Of a stretch of 64,000 nt of DNA, positions 10,600 through 22,369 are shown piece after piece (within the stretch, counting starts at the first letter, position 1; the number at the start of each line of letters is the position of its first letter). The stretch is taken from NCBI GenBank assembly GCA_043228905.1, contig JBHGNT010000048.1, positions 62,001 through 126,000 on the forward strand. Reading direction: 5' to 3'. This stretch comes from Azolla caroliniana. Its lineage: Eukaryota > Plantae > Polypodiophyta. The position numbers and the translations under genes are program-made. The notes under the pieces were generated by a model. It was not told the DNA's origin. It saw only the letters and a list, made by a program, of their open reading frames with translations, and ran no database searches.

Positions 10600-13500
10600 T
10601 CACCTGCTTGCATTCACTAGATTGGCACCTTCAAGATTTGCACCTTCCAGAATCTGCCATGAAACATCTTAGAACAAAACAATCAGAAAACAGATGAAAG
10701 ATTTCATATGAGAAATAAGTACACAAATGTTGGAGTGCATGCCCCTCAGTGTTAGTAAGAGACAAAGCCATATTCATTAAAATTGAGATGGTTGAGTCCT
10801 ATGTTTGGAGACCGTGAGGTTGTGAGGTTGTCAGTTCGATACACAGATGTAGCATGCAGTTTAGGAGAAGTGACCTAAAAATGTGTGGAAGGATTTGAGG
10901 TCATGAATTTGTTTGATATCCTAATAACTCACTAAGGAGAAAAAAAGGGAATGAGAAACGTTAAAAAGAATCATAAAATTTCAAAATCGGTTTATATAAA
11001 GAGAGATTTTTGAGAGATGATAAAAAGTTGGTAGATGTTAACTTAAATTTGTGCCAGAGCATTAAAGGTTCCTTCATTTATAAAATGAATGTTGATTTTA
11101 ATATCATAAATGATAGGAAGTTGAACGAAATAAAGAAAAAAATGCCAGAGTTTAAAAGTTCAGTCATTTATAAAATGACAGGAGTGTTGATTTAATTGGT
11201 TGTGTGTAATGGGACAAAGGAAGAGATAGCATTTTTAATCAAACAGTTAGATCATCATGGCACATAAACATGATAAAAATGCAATATAGAGGAAGAGCGA
11301 GCATACTGAATCAAAACAGTTACATATTTATGATATAAATATGAGAAAAATGTGGGATTGAGGAAGATAAAACATACCGAATCCCGTAGATTAGCATCTC
11401 GTAGATACACACGTTGAAGATTCGCTTCTCGGAGGTTTGTACCAATTAATATCGCTCCCTAATAATAGATTATTCACGTCAAATTTCAAATAAAATAAAA
11501 AAGTTACACCTAGAAAATATATTGACAATGACCATTACGTTTATAACCTCCAAAATATATTAATAATAAACATCACGATAACCTCCAAAATATATTGACA
11601 ATGAACATTATGTTTATAACCTCCATCAGTGTTATACTAAAAGTTGTGTTTCAAAATCTCATCCATCACATATAAATCCAGGATGCATAAAAAACATAAA
11701 AGATAAATCGGTAAAATTTGAGAAATAGACATATAATATCATGTTCATTTCAATTAAGCAAAAAGAAAGACACCTTCAAATTAGCTCCTTCTAAATTTGC
11801 ACGATAAAGGTTGGCATTTGTAAGGTCAGCTCCCTGTCAAAATAGAAAACGGTAAGTAGTATCCCATCGCTGTGGAAATACAAAATATATTTATGCAGAA
11901 TAGATTTGAAAGAGAAATGGTTATATTACCTGAAGATGAGCTGACCTAAGATTAGCCTCACAAAAACTACATTCAACTAAGCAAGCATCTGAATTAGGTA
12001 TAGAAAAATAGATTAGAAAATGCCTTCATAAAACACTGGTGATTATATTTATTTCATGAAGACCACTGAGGAGATGATGCACTCCTTGATATCATTGAAA
12101 CTAAGGATCTGTCGCTCTTAGTGCAACCAAATATTAGCACAAGTCTATAATAGATAAACATATCTCACTTTGAATATTGACAACAGGAAAGACTATATAC
12201 ACACAATAATATCTCCCGAAAGGAATATATATATATATATATATATTTACACACATACATACTATAATATCTCCAGAAGGGATGTGTTCGGAAAGCACAG
12301 AGAAACCCTTCAAGATTATTTTCGTGAGTCAACTATGACGTACAGAATAAATCCTGACTTAGCTGATGAGAATTACATTCTTAAAAGCTGTATCTATTGA
12401 TCGTTTCACGGCTCTACAGCCATATATTCAGCCCACTTTGTTTCTCTCAGTGTATATGATGTAAGCTTTTTCACATAATGGTTTTTTGTACATAATCAGC
12501 CACTTGTTCCTTTAGAGGAAAAAACAAATCCCAAGCTTCACAAACACATGTACAATGGGGTATATGAAAATGACTGTATTGACACCCTCTCTAAATGGTT
12601 GCGACTCAAAACCATGGTATGGTAGTACACTATCAGTAGTGAAGCCTAGAGCTTTCTGTAGTTCTTTAAAGAAGATGAAGGCATAAATAACAGACCTTGT
12701 AGGTTTGCACTCTGCAGGTTTGCACCTGCTAATAGCGCTCCACGAAGACTGGTTTTGTAAAATATACATCTGCAAAAACATTTAACCTCTTCATAATCTT
12801 AGACAACAAAAAGAAAATGTTTTTTGAGACATTAAACTATGACTCTTAAATCTATATCCAACTACGAAAATAGATCAGAGATAAATGCGTATCTAAATCC
12901 TGGATCTCAAATAATTTGGCATGTAAAGACTTTGTACCAGCCAAAAAGAAAGTATATATTATATATTTATGAATCAAGCTAAAATGAATGCACTTGATTA
13001 AAACAAACAATCTAGTTCCTATCAGTACATAGTTCAGCACAGATTATGATTTTTTACTCGCGAAGAGTTGCATTATGGAAGTTTGAGCCATCTGCCTCTG
13101 CTTCCTGCCATCATTACAAACAACTGAATGTAAACCTGCTGCTTTAGACAGTTTGCATCCATAAACTTTTCAATGGTGAAGATATTTTGCATGGCTTACT
13201 GTAAATTTAGCAGATTGAAGATTGGCTCTCGAAAAAAAAGTATTGACCAGTCGAGCAAAACTGAAATCTGCTTGAGATAAATCCTGCAAACAGTGGTATA
13301 ATCAGGTTTTCTTCTAAGAGGCCTCACTGGCATGAAAAACAAAAACACTCAGCAACACTCTAAAAAACTTCTTTCATGAACCACCATGATCTCTTACCAA
13401 ATATCCTTGAGAAAAATTTCCCACCATTTGTAGATCATTATTCTATTGATTACAAGTGTTTCAATTCATATAGTTGGACAATGCATAATTTTTTTATAAA

Positions 13501-16500
13501 GATAATAATATTAAATCAATATAAATATTTCACATGGACACACATACATAAGTTACAATTGTACCCTTTACTTTTGTAATCCCAGCTCCAAAAACAATAT
13601 ATTTTAAAAGATAATGTATTCTAACTGCAGTAAAAATGGAATTTTCTTCTTTATGAGAGGTTCCTTGATTCCATTAAAGGAAACGCTTGGCATACTCCAC
13701 AAGAAAGAATACTGCATTATTTTGATAGGTTTGGGATCCCAAACCACTAAAAGGAAATATATGGATAAGAATCTTTCAATATCTCACTCAAATATATATG
13801 CATATGTCAATATTCAAACGGTTTCATGTATATCCAACATTTTTATTCGCAACTTCCATCACAAAAAAGTATAAGCATTTGCTGCTCTTACCTAGAACCT
13901 ACACCGAAAGCCTCACTCATCAAGGGAAATAACTCAATTGGTGTCTCTTGTACCTGTTTTCTTGCTACCACCCTCAAAAAGAGGATGTCCAGACAATATC
14001 TGCTCTTTATCCAATCTTCAGTTTCACAGGCAGGTCACTTTAGCTCTTTGAAGTAAGTAGAGATTGACTCAATTTGGGAAATTTGATCACGTTAATTGCA
14101 AAATATGCCATGAAAATTATAATAACTTCTGGATAGTGAGTCGCTGCACAATGTTGGTGTGAATTCTTAAAATTTCATGCATACCCTTTTTCCAAACAAT
14201 GAAGGTGAAGAACAAAGGATTACAGTATGTTGTTAAAACAGATATAGAAAGCCATACTTACCAATTTTGAAAGATCTTGGCCAGACAAGTTGACTCCACG
14301 AAATCGTGCATGCTCTGACTGTATGAACTTTAGTACTTCTTTCCTTGTTAGTTCAGGCTTATCTTCATCATCTTCTTTTTTTGTTACGGCAACATTGATA
14401 CTTTCAATCAGACCCTGCTCAAAACAGGGATGAAAAACATGTGCAAGGCAACGCGACAATATTTGAGAAATGTATATAATCAATTATATGCTTTCAGCAA
14501 ACTAAACATTTTTAAACGTACTGCCAATTGATAGTATTCCGCTTCTAGTTGTAGTTCCTGGTAGGAAGGAAAATCTAACATGGGCAAAACACCATCCCGC
14601 AACCAGTTTAACACATGGCGAAAATGCTTCCCATCTCTATCAATAAAGACAATTCCCTGATGCAAAGAAACAAGCTTAAATATATCAGCTATTCAGGCAG
14701 TTCTTGGACCTCAAACTCCCAATTTCAAGACATATGTTCAAAACATGCAAATCACCATGTCGTACTATGATCATTATATAAAGTGAATTGAAGTAGTCAA
14801 AAACACTATAAATTATAACTATATTACAAATTTATCCCTCTGTATGGATTTCACAAGGAAAATGCAATCCACTTCTGCACTCAATCAGATGAATGCAATT
14901 ATTGTAGTTACTTCAACGCTCTCTCAAAAATCAAGCATAGAACTTTCTAAGTTGCGAGAAAAATGAAAACCTTGGAATCCCTGTGAAGCCGATGACGACC
15001 ACTAAACATGGCAGCAAGCATAGAGTCTGAATCTCGTTGAGTTAATGTATCAATTGTTGTTGCAAAAAGCTTTCCCCCTATAGATCACAAAGCATTCTAT
15101 ATTACTTAAAAATGGAGAGAAAAAGCCTTCATTTAGGCAGGAAATAGAGAACAGAAGTAATGGAGATGGAAAAGCCTTCCTTTAGGAAAGGATTGGAAGA
15201 ACACAAGCACACAATGGATTCTTACAAGTTGCACAGAGTTTTTATTACTATATATTTATATGTGTGTATGTATGTATATATAATATATATTGATAGATAG
15301 ATAGATAGATAGATATATCCATCCTTTTTTGCAAGATAAATATGGATGAGACTCCCTAACATGAGGTTTCAAGACTCTACATTAAAAAGCACAAGAAACA
15401 TAATACTTTAATTTCACATAAAGTTGAATGCTCAGAGTACTGAATCAGAATCAGAGACTCACTTTAAACTAGAAACTTGATAGACCTATGTATATCCCAT
15501 ATGTCCAAGTACAAAACTGGAACTCCGGGCTGATATACATATTTAAAAATAAATGAAAGTAGAAAAAATAGTACACCATATGAACAACGGACACTACAAT
15601 CTATTGCTCCAATTAAGAATCCATTAAATCTAACGATGAGCTCTTTGTTGGAGACAAGTACAATGTCATGGTGTCAGGGGATGCTAGATCACTTTTATAA
15701 TTGGTCAATGTGGGGTGGACCCTAATCAGTTGAAACATTTGTCGGTGGATATAAATGTGAATGGGGATAATACAAAGTCATATTCTTAGAAGATTAAACA
15801 TGAAAACTGTGGGAAGATAGTTGTGGCAAAAACACGTGGGTTCACCACACTTTCTGGAAACCATAGACAAGGAATAAAGGAAGGATTGTTCACGCTAAGT
15901 AACACAAATAGACTTTCATGATTCATCGTAAATTACAGTTTCATGAGAATTCATTAGAGTGCTCTTATGAATCTAATCTCAAATTGAAATTTTTGTTGTG
16001 TATACAAATTCTGGTTAGCCTTATAACTTTGCGGCTTCAATGGAGTTTTCTAATTCATCATAAATTACGGTTTCATGATAATTCAATTGGGGTACTGTTG
16101 TGAGTCAGCTCTCATTTGTGATTCGTGTTGTGTGACAGATTAAAATCCTTCTTACAAAGTTTTCGCTGATGATAACAGAGAGAAAAAATGTAAAGACACA
16201 AAGCTTGTGGCACTGATCGTGTGATGTGTCTCCTTGTATCATATAAATTGTGCGGATGAAAACTGAGTTGATGTCCAACCTATATTCTAGTGTTTGATTT
16301 CTCCTTTCTGCTTTACAAAGGTTAATTTTATCAAACCATTACAAACTGTTGAAGTGGATGAACCTCTCAATATCAAAATGTCCAATCCTTACCTTACAGG
16401 GTAAAACAACATTCCCTATTACTCAACTCAGCTTTTTGGTTTGTGGGTAGAGTTTACATATTCTGCATTGACTGATGATCATTGATTATGATGATGAGGC

Positions 16501-17042
16501 ATTGGCCCTTTATGATGTGGTCTTCAAATTGTGTTCACACCACAAAATCTCATGACTGACAATTATCTGGTAGAGCTATCCCTAGTCATTGGACGTGAAA
16601 TACCATTGTAGTAACTTTACACGACGCAAATCATCCCATCAGATCTTCTTTTCATGGATGCCTTATTTGAATAACAAGGTGCAATAGTGTCAACATAAGA
16701 ATGTCATTCAGCAGTGGCTCTTAGAATTCAAGTATTAACAAAGGAATCGGGAATCAAGTAATTCTACAACTAAAATGAAGTTCGATTTACGACAAGAAAA
16801 ACAGTTTTTTTGGAAGTGTACAGAGTTTCCTGTGTTGTCTCGGATCGAGATACACCCAAGAAATACCAGTGACACCTCCTGTTCACTTTCTTCCTCTTGA
16901 TTTCGCACCATACTCTTATCGAAAATCCAAAAAGTAAAACCATAAAGACGGATCAACCTCAGAAGATGGAGACAAGAGAGACCAAAAACTCACCAACATT
17001 CAACTCAAGCACGGAGGGGAAACCATTCTGCTCGCTGTCCAT
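10600..17042 (-). CDS. FIP2: BTB/POZ + pentapeptide-repeat protein (FIP2/KCTD9-like), 300 aa, 11 exons
   Basis: GT-AG exons with consistent phase: 16994-17042, 14971-15077, 14522-14656, 14262-14414, 13200-13283, 13058-13104, 12696-12769, 11930-11988, 11774-11833, 11378-11458, 10600-10653 (903 nt). Motifs LNVGGKLFATT, SMLAAMFSGRH, FIDRDGKHFRHVLNWLRDG, then A(D/N)LxG repeats. Confidence 0.93.
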
Positions 17043-17175
17043 GGAGCTCGGCCAATTCCTCTCTGCTGTGAAGGTCTCTCGTGGTGGTGTTTACGCCACA
17101 GAAGGTTTCTCCCACAGAGGGAGATCGGCCATTACAAACAGGGGAAAGCTTTGAAGCACTATATATATTTACATG

Positions 17176-17328
17176 CTTCTTCTTCTTTCTTTCTTTCTTT
17201 CTTTCTTCTTCTTCTTCTTCTTCTTTCTTCTTCTTCTTCTTTCTTCTTTTTCTTCCTTCTTCTTCTTCTTTCTTCTTTTTCTTCTTCTTACTTCTTTCTT
17301 TCTTTCTTTCTTCTTTCTTTCTTCTTCA
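17176..17328. repeat. (TTC)n/(TTTC)n microsatellite upstream of FIP2
   Basis: directly visible. Confidence 0.95.
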
Positions 17329-17620
17329 CATCAACCATTTTGAAGTACTTTTGAAAAATATGTGTCTGTAGGGAGCTCCTTGGGGGGTAGACTTATTTAT
17401 TTATATCTGGGCTCGGGCCATGGATGGCTTGGCTCTTCGCTGTGTGATCAGGACCCTCGTCTTGACTAGAGAGTCGTGGAGCTCTTGGCATCGGTTCATT
17501 GGCGCGTCGCTTCTAGTCAATGGAATAACGGTTCACCTTGATTGTAAAGACTGACACAGTTAGTTTCTATCAAATGATTGTTGCGTGGTGCAATAGAAAT
17601 AATTAGAAGATATATGTATG

Positions 17621-17684
17621 CACACACGAGAGATAGATAGATTATATTATCATCTTCGGAGGTCAAATATGACCTATGAGACCA
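17621..17684 (-). mobile_element. RTEX family A 3' terminal stub (duplicated hairpin)
   Basis: TCTTCGGAGGTCAAATATGACCTATGAGACCA, repeated at 18847-18891. Confidence 0.75.
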
Positions 17685-17689
17685 AGAGA

Positions 17690-18846
17690 GAGAAAGAAAG
17701 AAAGAAAGAAAGATGTATTAACGTCTTCTAAGGCCAAATTTGGCCCATGAGACAATTGGTTTACAACAATAGAGTATTTATCCAGTCATCATAACTAAAA
17801 ATAAAATTAAGTAAAAAAAATAGAACTTAAACTAAAAGAGTTGTAGTAGTGTACAATATGTAGTATACTCGAAAGTGACTATACACTAAGCCTAATTTTA
17901 TTTCCACCCAAGCCTCTCAAAAAGAAGTGGGGGGTCAAAGGGTCTTGATGTGGGTTCCAATGTAGAGAGTGCCCTAGCCATGGCTTCTAGGCGGTGTAGC
18001 TCGCGTTCCCTTATTTTCAATATTGCTTCCACATCACGTTGAGTTGCTTTGAAACCCGGCACCCGAGGACGTCTGGTTCTTCTCTGGTTTTCTGCCTCAT
18101 CAATGGAAAGGCCGAGTGGTGCAAGTGTGTCGGCATTCGTTGTCTCCTCAGGTTCCTGAAAAACTGCCTTTGTTCCATGTTCGTGATCATTAGCAACATT
18201 ATTGTCAACATTTTGTAATTTATTCTCTTTGTGTTGTTTTAGCTCTAGAATGTATTTGCCTAATTTCTTTATATCTAGAGTATCTGATAGTTTGGGGAGG
18301 GTGGGAGACGGACCAAGTATGTCTTGGTATTTTGCCCTTATCTCGGCATAGGTTGGACACTTGCATGTAAAGTGGTACTCATCCTCTATCTCTATGTGAC
18401 ATAACCTACATATCCTTTCCTCCCTAGGGACTCCACTAGTACGGCCATTTTCAATCTCAAGTTGGTGAGATGATATTCTAAGTTGTCCAATGGCAACCCT
18501 TAGTGCATGTGGTAAGAATACATCTAGATATTTTGGCCCCGTGATAAAACCTAACTCAGAGAAGTGCATGAAGTGTTTCTTATAGTACGACATTTTAGAT
18601 GGGAGTGGCTCTAGTGGGGTGATCCATTTACACCGAGTGTAAATTTGCCATATTTCTTGGCGTATTACTTTATTGCGGTTCTCATGAGAGATTAAGGTGT
18701 TATCACTCGTGTGGTTGTACCTAAGGGGAGGTAGGTTATTAATGTCTAGACCATTCGCAAGAAGCCAAGTCACCATCATGCCATACCATGAGCTAGTATA
18801 GCCGGACTCATACAATGATCGAGAGGCCTTAAAGGCTTGATGAGAT
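17690..18846 (-). mobile_element. RTEX-like LINE family B, 5'-truncated
   Basis: ORF 17898-18815 with RISSHQLEIENGR..R..RICRLC..EDEYHFTCKC..Y..IR zinc finger; 3' hairpin 17723-17753 and (TTTC)n tail. Confidence 0.88.
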
Positions 18847-19010
18847 ATCCTATTATTGTCTTCAAAGGGTCAAATATGACCTATGAGACCAAAAATATTA
18901 CATTTCATGTGATACATTATGTGAAAGTGAATAGCAACTCTCGATGTTCAAGAACTTTACCAATGAATTGTTGCAATCAAGAATGCACATTGTGGTTGTG
19001 AGAGAAATCC
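18847..19010 (-). mobile_element. RTEX family A 3' fragment (A2)
   Basis: nearly identical to 19064-19226 and 1101-1255. Confidence 0.85.
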
Positions 19011-19025
19011 GAAGATATATGTATG

Positions 19026-19033
19026 TGTGCACA

Positions 19034-19064
<31 letters not shown>

Positions 19065-19341
19065 TTCTATTATTGTCTTCGGAAGGTCAAATATGACCTA
19101 TGAGACCAAAAATATTACATTTCACATGATACATGATGTGAAAGTGAGTAGCGACTCTCGATGTTCAAGAACTTTACCAATGAAGGTTGCAATCGAGAGT
19201 GCACATTGTGGTTGTGAGAGAAATCCGTGTAAGGATTGGGTTTGGTCAAAGATGTGTGGAAAGCGTGGTCGATTATGATCAAAGGCATAACATTGTATCA
19301 AAGTGTGATACTCATACTATCGAACTTATGTAAGGCAAATT
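19026..19341 (-). mobile_element. RTEX family A 3' fragment (A1), starting just after tRNA-Tyr
   Basis: matches 1101-1360 and the reverse complement of 51378-51655; (TC)n tail. Confidence 0.87.
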
Positions 19342-19347
19342 GGGGGA

Positions 19348-19431
19348 TCCGATCTATCGGATTCGAACCAACGACCTAAGGATTTCTATTAACGCTATAG
19401 TCCTCCGCTCTACCAACTGAGCTAAGGTCAA
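19348..19431 (-). pseudogene. trnY: tRNA-Tyr pseudogene with 11-nt intron (anticodon GTA decayed to ATA)
   Basis: minus strand TTGACCTTAGCTCAGTTGGTAGAGCGGAGGACTATAG-cgttaatagaa-ATCCTTAGGTCGTTGGTTCGAATCCGATAGATCGGA; matches the plant nuclear tRNA-Tyr consensus as recalled except for C>T/G>A changes; no oligo-T terminator directly after. Confidence 0.88.
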
Positions 19432-19552
19432 ATGAATGCATTAAATTAAATTAGATTCGTCATCATCCAGGCCGATTTTAGCTTCCAGGAAGAACCATAT
19501 CAACATATCATCTCGCATTTGACTCCTTCCTAAGAAGGGGTGTTATTGCCCT

Positions 19553-19880
19553 GTAGCAATAAAACTCTCAATGTGGAAGTAATGCACGCACACATGTGCT
19601 CGCCATTCTTGATGGAGAGTTTGAGTAAGACGCTTTTAAATAGTCTTGCTTGTCTAACAAGTTCTTGAACTTATCGCGGCTTACCTTATAGGTTGAGCAT
19701 GTGAGAAGTACGTTGTGTTCATCCTCCACTGTGTTTTCATTGCATGCCTTTGCTTATCCTCGTACATGGGTGATGATGCTACCTCAACACTTGCGAGCGA
19801 GTTTGAAGAAGTGTTAAGGCTCTTTGATATCCAAGGCACATGGGGGTAGTAAGATGCGGTTGGATATCTTATGCAATGTA
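19553..19880 (+). repeat. unclassified dispersed repeat, copy 2
   Basis: homologous to 9566-9895. Confidence 0.7.
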
Positions 19881-21697
19881 ATATTCCAATGTTGACATTT
19901 TTGCATCTTGCCATTTCATCCTTAGAATTCTCGAATAATCTATAGTTAGAACATTGTATACTTCATAGCATCACCTGAGAGTTCTAGTAGAGCTTTTACT
20001 CCCCATACTTTTTACCATTTCATAATGCCAAGCACCCAACAAAGAAGAGATGGTTTTGCTTTTATTGTTTTTTTGTAGCCTGTTCCTATATTTAGAACCT
20101 ATTTGGGCATAATCTTGACTTTTAATGATATACTCGCATTCTCTTTGCATGTGTAACATTGTTATGGTTTGAGCACGTGTTGAGGATTTAACTCCTACTT
20201 ATCAATGTAAGAACAAAATTTGGATTAGATGCCCTAAGTGAGATAACACAGTTGCACTCTTTCATTCTATAAAGCAACACATGGACCACCATAGAATTGA
20301 ATAACATCGATCTTTTTTTCTACCCTCAATTATCACATTGGTTGCATTAATTCTAAAAAACACATCTTAATCATTCTAGCTCATAAGAAGTTTGGACTTA
20401 TAACATAATTATTCCACCTATTTGTTGATGGAACATTAATACTGAGATATTTGAAACTTCGCACCACTTGTATAATCAGTTCTCCCTTGTATGTTAAAGT
20501 GGGGTAGTGCCTTGGCCCTATTGCATTTATTGCTCAATTGGTTTGTTATACTATCATATGATGTGGTGTAGTGAAGTGATGAAAGTTTCATTATAAGTTG
20601 GAATTCGGGTCAAAGTGATCAACGAAGGAAAATGTAGAAGAAGAACATCTACACATCATCAAAACATAGCTTGAATGATAAGAGTCGAGCATTGGAGCAA
20701 TTGGGTCAAGGTTTCAATATTTTGGCAATCTCTATTAATATTTATCTTTCATTTGTAATTATATTTGAAAGCTTTATTAGTTTTGGTTTTCCTCACCCTC
20801 AAATCACCTCTAATTGAGATCTATTATATAGTTGCCCATAGGTTAGGAAAGCATGTGTGCATGAGACCACTTGGCTTTCATGTATAAGGTCAAACATTAG
20901 CTTAAACCATACACGTCACATATGTGTTATCAAGGAACACCAAAAGCTTATGACTATCTCTTAGTATTTTCTTGGTGATCAAGAAACTACTAGTTGTAAG
21001 GAGGTTAAGGAACATCAAATGCTTTTAACTAATTTACTTATTAGTTACTTGGTTACGACGCAATTACTACTTGTAAGGAGTTAAAGTCTACCGCGAATTG
21101 ACTAGTTGTTTATGTTGTTGGTAGTTGTTATATCATTTGACTTACTTGTAAGTTTCTCTAAATAGTGTCAACCGCCACAACCCGACTTTTAGTATTTTCC
21201 TAAATGCATACAATACATAATTATTATTGTTGTTGACTAATGAGGCCATAATTACTAATTACTAGAAAACTCGAGAATATTCCCCAAAAGAAAGAATTAT
21301 GCTTGTCATTTGGGTAACATGCATGTTTCACCACTTGGCTAGTATATATAATACCACAATATTATCAAATGTACAATGTGTTGAAATCAAGGCCATGCAC
21401 CAAGGCGATCATGGGTTTAATTCGTGTTATACACAACACCTCCTATGAGTACGATAGTGGAAACATTAGCTTCATGACATGGGCAATTATTAATCTCCAT
21501 GAGTGTACTAAGACACCATTTATGCGGGGCTGGTTTTATTTTGAAGGGGGTCACATAAATGCCAGAAAGCGTCACCCGATGCGTGTTAAAGATTAATGAG
21601 ATTTCTATACATAAATCCAACACCAAAATAGACACCCGTTAAATTGAGAGGAAGGAGCAATTTGAACTCCCCAATCTCAATCTTGATTTTGTCTAGA

Positions 21698-22326
21698 CTC
21701 TACACTCTTCTTCCTTGTCATTATCTTGTCCGCCACTGCCACTATGGTGTATATATATCTTCTAAGACCTCCTTTACAATTCAATACAAAGATATCTTAA
21801 TCTATAATGTCTTCCTTTATAGTTTAATACAATGCTAAGTCCACTCTTCTTCCTTGAAATTATCTTGTCTGCCACTACCACTATGGTGTATATATATCTT
21901 CTAAGACCTCCTTTACAATTCAATACAAAGATATCTTAATCTATAATGTCTTCCTTTATAGTTCAATACAATGCTAAGTCCAAATATGATGTCCGTTGTC
22001 CACCATTCTATTTATTCCGCTACTTAAATCTTATGTTCCAAGTAGGAATCAAACCCTTGACCTCTCGCTCTTAGCACAAGCTCTTAGCAATTAGATGTCT
22101 GTATACATATATATACACGTCTTCTAAGACCTCCTTTACAATTCAATACAAAGATCTCTTAATCTATAATGTTCTCCTTTATTAGTTGAATACAATACAT
22201 ACTAAGACCAAATATAATGTCCATTGTCCATCATTCTATTTATTCCTTCACTTAATCTTATGGTCCAATTAGGATTCGAACCCTTGACCTCTCACTCTTA
22301 GCACAAGCTCTTACCAATTAGAGAGA
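21698..22326 (-). mobile_element. tandem tRNA-derived SINE copies (22097-22326, 21890-22094) plus a ~140-bp local duplication (21698-21840)
   Basis: head ..CTAATTGGTAAGAGC..GAGGTCAAGGGTTCGAATCC (partial A box, B box 22272-22282 and 22045-22055); shared body; tail GGTCTTAGAAGA(CG)+(TA)n. Confidence 0.7.
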
Positions 22327-22369
22327 GACACAGAAAAAAAACAAAAGAAAGAGAAAGAGAGAAAGATGG

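Noticed and set aside
17081-17371. F/S/L-rich ORFs
   Set aside because: Translations of the (TTC)n microsatellite
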